Sequence record: KJ959591.1
DNA: 32,000 nt
Strand: one strand, 5' to 3'
Source: Pseudomonas phage PAN70
Shown: positions 26,189-32,000 of the stretch, one piece after another
Position numbering within the stretch: position 1 is the first letter of the stretch
Layout: the number at the start of each line of letters is the position of its first letter
The notes under the pieces: generated by a model
Database searches by the model: none
What the model was told of the DNA's origin: nothing
Seen by the model: the letters and a program-made list of their open reading frames with translations, nothing else
Translations under genes and position numbers: made by a program

Positions 26189-27045
26189 TGGCTGGTGACT
26201 GGATCAAGTTCGAGTTGGCCACCCTGGAGAAACCCGAGGTGTGTCAGTTGGCCTCGCTGGCCAATGTCGACATGGATGCAGTCGTTGGGAAACTGCTGCG
26301 TGTGTGGGGTTGGTTCGACCAGCACACGGAAGAAGGTAACGCCCCAAGCGTTAGCAAGTTGTTACTTGATCGTTTGGCTGGCGTTACCGGTTTCTGCGAT
26401 TTCATGTGTCAAGTCGGTTGGATGGTCGAAGAGGGCGGCGTCATCAGCCTGCCACGATTCGACCGGCACAACGGCAAGACTGCGAAAAACAGGCTGCTCA
26501 CGGCGAAGCGCGTGGCAAACCACAAGGCGGCTAACGCAAAGGGTAACGGTGCGAGCGTTAGCGATGCGTTACCTAGAGAAGATTTAGATGTAGAGAAGAG
26601 TAAGAGAAAAGATATAGAGCCCCCCTTACCCCCCGAGGGGGATGCCGCTGGCGCGGCTAGTGATCGGCCTCGCCCCAAACCAAGGAAGTCGACCACCGTC
26701 ACCGCAACCACGATGACCAACAGCGTCACTGGGCTCTCCCAGGACGTGGCAGAGGCGTATCTGGTTCACCGGAAGGCCAAGCGGGCACCTTTAACCGACC
26801 TCGCCTGGAAGGGCATAGCCAAGACGCTCCTGGATGCCGCCCAGCTCGGTGCCGCTCCGGACAGGGTGCTAAGCAAAGCGATTGAGCGCGGATGGACGGG
26901 CCTTGAGCTTGAGTGGCTGATCAACTCCGGGGTCCTTTCCTCAGGTCACCAGGGCAGTCCGCCCCACTTGAACCTGGATCAGATCGATCACGAAGAGGGC
27001 CTGGAGCGCCAGGCCGACGGCACCTACCGAATTGCGAGACCATGA
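26188..27045 (+). CDS. O-like / DnaT-like replication initiation protein
   Basis: MAGDWIKFELATLEKPEVCQLASLANVDMDAVVGKLLRVWGWFDQHTEEG... followed by linker and C-terminal helical domain; upstream of helicase loader. Confidence 0.75.
   Translation: MAGDWIKFELATLEKPEVCQLASLANVDMDAVVGKLLRVWGWFDQHTEEGNAPSVSKLLLDRLAGVTGFCDFMCQVGWMVEEGGVISLPRFDRHNGKTAKNRLLTAKRVANHKAANAKGNGASVSDALPREDLDVEKSKRKDIEPPLPPEGDAAGAASDRPRPKPRKSTTVTATTMTNSVTGLSQDVAEAYLVHRKAKRAPLTDLAWKGIAKTLLDAAQLGAAPDRVLSKAIERGWTGLELEWLINSGVLSSGHQGSPPHLNLDQIDHEEGLERQADGTYRIARP
26335..26623. promoter_or_regulatory. candidate origin: GSGTTASC iteron-like motifs plus adjacent purine/AT-rich tract
   Basis: motif copies at 26335, 26348, 26381, 26530, 26555, 26566 and a near-match at 26542; AGAGAAGATTTAGATGTAGAGAAGAGTAAGAGAAAAGATATAGAG follows. 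Confidence 0.6.
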
Positions 27046-27830
27046 CCATGACCAAAAACCAAGTGAAAACCAGGGACGAGACTTGCCCCGTTCACGGCGG
27101 CTTCGAGAGCAAGCAGCAGGAGCAGTTCGACGGCGGGTTCGTCTGGACTGGATGCTGGCGCTGCGAGTTCGACGCTCGCCAATCATCCGATCCGGAGGTT
27201 CGCTCCAAGGCGCAGGCTGCGCGTGATGCCCGGATGGTCAACGCCGCGTTGCTGGAGAGCCAGATACCGCCGCGCTTCCGACCGGCGACCCTGGAGAACT
27301 ACCGCACCGACTTCGCACCGGACCAGCAGTCGCCAGTTCTGGCTCGCTGCAAGGCTTACGCAGACGACTTCGCCTCGAACTGGAAGGTTGGGCGCTCGCT
27401 GATGCTGCTGGGCACCATGGGAACCGGGAAGACTCACCTGGCCTGCGCGATCATCCAGCAGGTGCTGCGCACCGAAGGTCTGGCTGGCGCGACTGCGCGC
27501 TACATCACCGCACCCGACCTGATCCTGGGCGTGAAGGACACGTTTGGGCGGAAGGGTAAGAGCGAGTCCGAGGTCTACGAGAGTCTGCACGCTCCGGACC
27601 TGTTGGTGATCGACGAGGTAGGTGCCCAGCACGGCACCGACTTCGAGCGCCAGGTACTGTTCCAGGTCGTCAATGGCCGCTACGAGCGCCTGCTTCCGAC
27701 CATCCTGATCAGCAACCTGAGCCTGGTCGATATCCGGCGATTCATCGGGGATCGCGTGATTGATCGCCTCTGCGACGCCAACGGCGAAGTGGTGCTGTTG
27801 CGCTGGAAATCCGTGCGAGGTTCGGTATGA
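27042..27830 (+). CDS. DnaC-like helicase loader ATPase with N-terminal Cys-rich motif
   Basis: SLMLLGTMGTGKTHLACAI Walker A, LLVIDEVGAQ Walker B; CPVHGG...CWRC. Confidence 0.9.
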   Translation: MTMTKNQVKTRDETCPVHGGFESKQQEQFDGGFVWTGCWRCEFDARQSSDPEVRSKAQAARDARMVNAALLESQIPPRFRPATLENYRTDFAPDQQSPVLARCKAYADDFASNWKVGRSLMLLGTMGTGKTHLACAIIQQVLRTEGLAGATARYITAPDLILGVKDTFGRKGKSESEVYESLHAPDLLVIDEVGAQHGTDFERQVLFQVVNGRYERLLPTILISNLSLVDIRRFIGDRVIDRLCDANGEVVLLRWKSVRGSV

Positions 27831-29362
27831 CCGGATACCTCGAGATGCAGGATGTCCCGGTGATGGGCTACGAGGTGCCAGAGTCGAAGCTCTACAGCCA
27901 CGAAGCCGAGTACGCGGTGATCGGCGCCATGATCCAGAGGGGCGACCTGATCGAGGACATGGGCGCCAAGCTGGAGGTTTCGGACTTCCACCACCCCGCT
28001 TGCGCGGAACTGTTCGAGCTGCTGCTGGCCTGCCAGGCGAAAGGCATCGCGGTCGACATCGTGACCCTCTACGAGGCGCGGGCTCAACTGGCGGACGGGC
28101 AGAGCACCCTGCAGGTCGCTGCCCACCTGGTGAAGAACACCCCAAGCGCCGCGAACGCTGATGAGTACGCCCGGATCATCAAGCAGCGGTCGGTGGCGCG
28201 CCGGGTGATCGCCGCGGCCGAGGTGATGAGCCAGCGTCTGCAGGATGGCGAACCGCTGGACGAGGTGCTGAGCCAGGGCCAGCAGGCATGGGTTGCCCTC
28301 GAGGCCGAGGGGCTCGACTCCCGGCGCCGGTACCGCTTCATCGGCGAGGTGCTGCCGGAGGCCATCGACGGCATCGACAGGCGCTTTAACCGTGAGGTGA
28401 AGCTGGGGTACGACACCGGCCTACCCTCGTTGGACGCCTTCATCCCGGGTATCTGTCCCGGCCACATGGTGGTTGTGGCCGGCGAGCCGGGCAGCGGCAA
28501 GACCACGCTTGGCCTTGGGTTTGCCGAGCGGGTGGCGTTGGCGTGCAACGAGCCGGCGTTGGTGTTCAGCCTGGAGATGACCGATGTCGAGTTGGCCAAC
28601 CGCGTGCTGTCATCGGTGGGCAGCGTTCCGCTCAAGCACATTGCCGAAGGCCACTCGATGGCCGATTCAGACTGGCCGGGCCTGACTGGTGCGGTGAACA
28701 AGCTCAACCATGCCCCGCTGATCCTCTGCGACGACGCCTCGCTGACGCTCCGGGACATCCGCCAGATCTGCCGGACAGTGAAGCGTGAGCATGGACTGGG
28801 CTTGGTTGCCGTCGACTACATCGGCCTGATCAAGGGCGAGCAGCGGAACGCGAGCCGCTACGACGTGGTGACCGAGATCAGCAAGGGGCTGAAACGACTG
28901 GCCAAGGAACTCGGCGTACCTGTGGTGGTGCTGGCGCAGCTCAACCGTGGGCCGAAGGCGCGGGGCAACAAGCGTCCGACCAAGAGCGACCTGCGTGACT
29001 CCGGGCAGATCGAGGCCGATGCGGACGTGGTGGTGCTGGTCCACAGGGACCAGGAAAGCGACGCCGGCAAGGCTGGCATTACCGAACTGATCGTCGACAA
29101 GAACCGGCACGGGCAGGTGGGTGTGGCGCACGTTCAGCACCAGGGCCAGTACCACCGTTTCGTGGAGATCATCGGCGGCTATCAGCCAGCGAGGAAGAAG
29201 TCGAAATGGCCAGACCCTACAAGGGCCGTCAGTACGGCAAGGGGAAAACAGCGTGAATACCGAACACAAATTCCCGATCACCCTCCCGAACACGCTGGAG
29301 GAGTGCGAAGAGTTGATGGAGCGCTTGAGCGCGTCCTGCATCAGTTGTCGCAGCCAGATTGA
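27827..29362 (+). CDS. DnaB-like replicative helicase
   Basis: VVVAGEPGSGKTTLGLGFAERVAL Walker A, LVAVDYIGLI, VVVLAQLNR, DLRDSGQIEADADVVV. Confidence 0.95.
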   Translation: MTGYLEMQDVPVMGYEVPESKLYSHEAEYAVIGAMIQRGDLIEDMGAKLEVSDFHHPACAELFELLLACQAKGIAVDIVTLYEARAQLADGQSTLQVAAHLVKNTPSAANADEYARIIKQRSVARRVIAAAEVMSQRLQDGEPLDEVLSQGQQAWVALEAEGLDSRRRYRFIGEVLPEAIDGIDRRFNREVKLGYDTGLPSLDAFIPGICPGHMVVVAGEPGSGKTTLGLGFAERVALACNEPALVFSLEMTDVELANRVLSSVGSVPLKHIAEGHSMADSDWPGLTGAVNKLNHAPLILCDDASLTLRDIRQICRTVKREHGLGLVAVDYIGLIKGEQRNASRYDVVTEISKGLKRLAKELGVPVVVLAQLNRGPKARGNKRPTKSDLRDSGQIEADADVVVLVHRDQESDAGKAGITELIVDKNRHGQVGVAHVQHQGQYHRFVEIIGGYQPARKKSKWPDPTRAVSTARGKQREYRTQIPDHPPEHAGGVRRVDGALERVLHQLSQPD

Positions 29363-29624
29363 GGCGGCCAAGGCTGAGCAGAAGGCGACGGGGCGCAGCG
29401 TTGACGAGATCTGGTACAGCCGGGCAAGCACCGCGCTCCGCTGGATGAACCGAGACAAGGTCCGTCTCCAGAACCATATCGCGAGGCTGCGCAAGGACAG
29501 TCGCCGGGCCCATAACGACTTGGCCAACCGGTTGCTGATCGAGGCCTTGCGTGAGCATGTGGGGATAGAGGTGTTTCAAGCCTGTGCGGAGAAAGCCAGG
29601 CAGCGGATGGAGGGTATGCAGTGA
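29253..29624 (+). CDS. hypothetical protein (GTG start)
   Basis: VNTEHKFPITLPNTLEECEELMERLSASCISCRSQIEAAKAEQKATGRSVDEIWYSRAS. Confidence 0.6.
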   Translation: MNTEHKFPITLPNTLEECEELMERLSASCISCRSQIEAAKAEQKATGRSVDEIWYSRASTALRWMNRDKVRLQNHIARLRKDSRRAHNDLANRLLIEALREHVGIEVFQACAEKARQRMEGMQ

Positions 29625-30310
29625 CACTGGTTCAGCGCTTTGAGCGCAACACCGCTGGGCGTGACTTCTGCGTTGGCGACGTGCATGGCTGCTTCGATCT
29701 GCTGGAGGCGTTGCTGGCGCAGGCCGCCTTCGACAAGGCGGTTGATCGGCTGTTCAGCGTTGGTGACCTGGTGGACCGCGGGCCGGGGTCGGACCTGGTC
29801 CAAGAATGGCTAAGCCAGCCCTGGTTCCACGCGGTCAGAGGGAATCATGAGCAGATGGTCGTCGACACCTACAAGCATGGCGGCGACGACTGGCTACATG
29901 TCGCCAATGGGGGCGCGTGGCTGCTTGGATTGCCGGAGACAGAGCAGCGGGGCTACGCCGAGTTGTTCGACGACTTGCCGCTGGCCATCGAGGTGGAGAC
30001 CGCCGCTGGCGCCGTCGGGATCGTTCATGCCGAGTGCCAGGCGAAGAGTTGGCAGGCGTTCTGCGCCGGCGTGGAGGCCGGAGAGAAAGCGCACGTCACC
30101 GCCGCTCTGTGGGCGAGGTCCAGGGCTGCGAACGAGGACTCCACTCCTGTCGAGGGCGTTGCCGCAGTACTGGTTGGGCACACACCGCACAACAGGCTCA
30201 CCAGACTGGGGAACGTGTTCTATTTGGACACAGGCGCATGTTTCGGCGGTTCGCTGAGCATGCTGTGCCTGAACGACTGGAGCGTCAGCTCTGCGCGAGG
30301 TACCCGATGA
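29621..30310 (+). CDS. Ser/Thr protein phosphatase-like metallophosphoesterase
   Basis: FCVGDVHGCFDLLEALL, FSVGDLVDRGPGS, AVRGNHEQMV, LVGHTPH. Confidence 0.95.
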   Translation: MTLVQRFERNTAGRDFCVGDVHGCFDLLEALLAQAAFDKAVDRLFSVGDLVDRGPGSDLVQEWLSQPWFHAVRGNHEQMVVDTYKHGGDDWLHVANGGAWLLGLPETEQRGYAELFDDLPLAIEVETAAGAVGIVHAECQAKSWQAFCAGVEAGEKAHVTAALWARSRAANEDSTPVEGVAAVLVGHTPHNRLTRLGNVFYLDTGACFGGSLSMLCLNDWSVSSARGTR

Positions 30311-30590
30311 GCAACGTACAACCGATGGCACCGCGCAAGGTCATGACCAGGCTGGAGCGGGAGTTTCTCAAGGTGGCCGGCCAGGAGCTGGCGCAGGTCA
30401 AGGTGGGCGGTGCTGCTGCCTTGGCTGCGCTGCTGGTCATGATCGCCAACTGGCACGGCGACCGCGGCACTCTGGCTTTCACGACTATGGCCGGCTCTGG
30501 TTGCTGGACGGCAATGCGAAGGGCGCTGCTGCGGAAACGCTGCTGCGTGATCTGTTCGGCCTGAATGGCAATCCGAAGGGGGCTGCATGA
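30307..30590 (+). CDS. hypothetical protein, interrupted by a -1 lesion near 30480
   Basis: MSNVQPMAPRKVMTRLEREFLKVAG...LAF then, one base added, [x]DYGRLWLLDGNAKGAAAETLLRDLFGLNGNPKGAA* ending in ATGA coupling to the next gene. Confidence 0.7.
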
Positions 30591-31143
30591 CTGGGATCTA
30601 CCGCGACGTGATGCCGGCGATCGTTCGCGTCCTGGCGGCCGATGCCATCGACAACACGGCGAAGCAGAGTTGGCAGAGGCTTATCGACCGAAAGGTCGAT
30701 GGCGGCTTTCGGGCTCTGCTTTCTGCCCAGGACCAGTTCGAGTTCGATTGCATCCTGCACGCCCTACTGCACCGGGAGCTTTCGCCGGCCGAGTGGGACG
30801 TGCTGCACGCTCGCTACTCGACGCACTTTGATCGGCGTGGGCAGGCCATCGAGCGACTGGCGAGCAGGGTGCATTCGCCTGCGCCTTCTCGGTTTCTGGA
30901 GCGTGCTGTAGCGACCTGGGCTATCCCGATGATGAAGGGCAAGAACGGAAAGCGATCAACCGCTATCCTGATGCTCCCCAAGGAGTGGTACGACATGAAC
31001 AACTGGATGAGGACGCGCGACCGGACTCAACTCGAAACCGCTGGCGCAGGGATATTCGGAAACAGCTTGATCGTTTCGAGGAAGAGGCGTTGGTGCATGT
31101 AACCGAGATCCTTGACCGCGAGAAGTTGCTCGATGCGGCTTGA
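30587..31143 (+). CDS. end-of-early-operon protein (possible late regulator), interrupted by a -1 lesion near 31004-31007
   Basis: ORF 30587-31102 continues after one base is added as NNWDEDARPDSTRNRWRRDIRKQLDRFEEEALVHVTEILDREKLLDAA*. Confidence 0.65.
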
Positions 31144-31214
31144 CGAATGTGATCGACTGAGCGTAACGTAACCACATCTGTTGATCCGTGCGCGCTAAGC
31201 CAGATCGACACCGA

Positions 31215-31240
31215 AACCCGGCCTCCGCGCCGGGTTTTTT
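31215..31240 (+). terminator. rho-independent terminator T1
   Basis: ACCCGGC-ctccgc-GCCGGGT then T-run. Confidence 0.9.
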
Positions 31241-31324
31241 ATTGCGTTGCCCAACCTAGCACGGCATTATCAGGCCCCGCCGATGCCGTGGTTTCCACCT
31301 GGGCTATTCCTCGACAGAGGCGGG

Positions 31325-31357
31325 AAGCCCGGCCGGCCCCTCCCGCCGGGCTTTTTC
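31325..31357 (+). terminator. rho-independent terminator T2
   Basis: AAGCCCGGC...GCCGGGCTT then TTTC. Confidence 0.85.
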
Positions 31358-31382
31358 ATTCGAAGGTCGAAACTCGGTAGAC

Positions 31383-31556
31383 GGCAGTCTCACCTGCCAC
31401 ATCGGGCTGTAAGCAAAGTGACGGGTTACCGACCCGCAAGGCCTTCACCCTTTGCGATAACCAATCAATGCAGGTGGAGCGCAGGATGCGCACGGGGTAG
31501 TGGCCCCTATCCACCCGCACCTATTTCAGAGCCCAGCCTTCGAGCTGGGCTTTTTC
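31383..31556 (+). ncRNA. candidate structured RNA module 1 ending in terminator T3
   Basis: hairpins GGCAG/CTGCC, CGGGT/ACCCG, three-way junction 31473-31515, then AGCCCAGC-cttcga-GCTGGGCTTTTT. Confidence 0.55.
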
Positions 31557-31561
31557 GTTTC

Positions 31562-31655
31562 TGCAGGTGGCGCATTGCGCTGCGGGGCGCGCGGCCCCCT
31601 TGAAAGGCCGTACCTGCATCCATTCCTGGCCCAGCCCTCGCGCTGGGCTTTTTCA
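31562..31655 (+). ncRNA. candidate structured RNA module 2 ending in terminator T4
   Basis: three-way junction TGCAGGT/ACCTGCA enclosing GCGC-att-GCGC and GGGGC-gcgcg-GCCCC, then GCCCAGC-cctcgc-GCTGGGCTTTTT. Confidence 0.55.
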
Positions 31656-31685
31656 TTTCCGCCCCGCCGAGGGGATATCGAGACT

Positions 31686-32000
31686 ATGAAGATGCCAGAG
31701 AAGGACCCGTCATTCTGGGCCACGGTGCTGCTCGCGCTGCGCGAGCAAGGGCTGGCGATGGGGCTCGCCTTCATCCTTACCTGGCTCCGTACCCAGTACG
31801 AGGGGAAGGAGCCGAGCATTGTTCGGCAACTGATCGAAGCCGCCCTTGGCGCGATGCTGGTCATGGTTGTCGGTCTCACCGCCAAAGAGTTCGGCTGGAG
31901 CCCTGCCTGGCAGTTCTTCGCTGCCGGCTTCGTTGGTGTCCTCGGGGTAAGCACTGTGCAGAAGCTGGGTGCACGTTGGGCGGAAAGGAAGGTGGGCTGA
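31686..32000 (+). CDS. holin-like membrane protein
   Basis: MKMPEKDPSFWATVLLALREQGLAMGLAFILTWLRTQYEGKEPSIVRQLIEAALGAMLVMVVGLTAKEFG...; first late gene position. Confidence 0.8.
   Translation: MKMPEKDPSFWATVLLALREQGLAMGLAFILTWLRTQYEGKEPSIVRQLIEAALGAMLVMVVGLTAKEFGWSPAWQFFAAGFVGVLGVSTVQKLGARWAERKVG

Noticed and set aside
31360-31520. tRNA gene between terminators T2 and T3
   Set aside because: I could not build a cloverleaf with acceptor, anticodon and T-arm consensus; the hairpins form a three-way junction instead.
1-32000. CRISPR arrays or IS elements
   Set aside because: No regularly spaced direct repeats and no transposase-like ORFs were found by reading the window and ORF track.

Overview
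The 32 kb window reads as a contiguous piece of a temperate tailed (lambda-like siphovirus) phage genome, very probably from Pseudomonas. Order: tail genes (27-13149, + strand), a Com/Mom-type DNA-modification cassette (13361-14288), a putative attP plus tyrosine integrase (14312-15548), a leftward early operon (15570-21365, - strand), an S24/LexA-like repressor (21486-22334, -), then cro, small-ORF cluster, Rha-like regulator, O-like / DnaC-like / DnaB-like replication genes and a metallophosphatase (22447-31143, +), then a structured multi-terminator region, then a holin-like gene at the end (31686-32000). Tail genes sit directly next to the integrase with arm-site repeats between them, so this is the unintegrated gene order. 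Strongest observations: (1) a type IV pilin-like (GspH/FimT-like) gene inserted as an autonomous cassette in the tail operon; (2) a com/mom pair where a 12-bp stem sequesters the mom Shine-Dalgarno and GTG start; (3) two tandem copies of a three-way-junction-like RNA fold, each followed by a strong terminator, just upstream of the first late gene; (4) a -1 slippery site T_TTT_TTC joining the tail chaperone ORF to an unlisted downstream frame; (5) an iteron cluster next to a purine-rich tract inside the O-like gene; (6) operator-like repeats flanking the repressor; (7) at least seven apparent single-base deletions breaking otherwise good genes, which looks like systematic sequence error or decay; (8) large palindromes upstream of com. 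All family assignments come from recognised protein motifs, not database searches.
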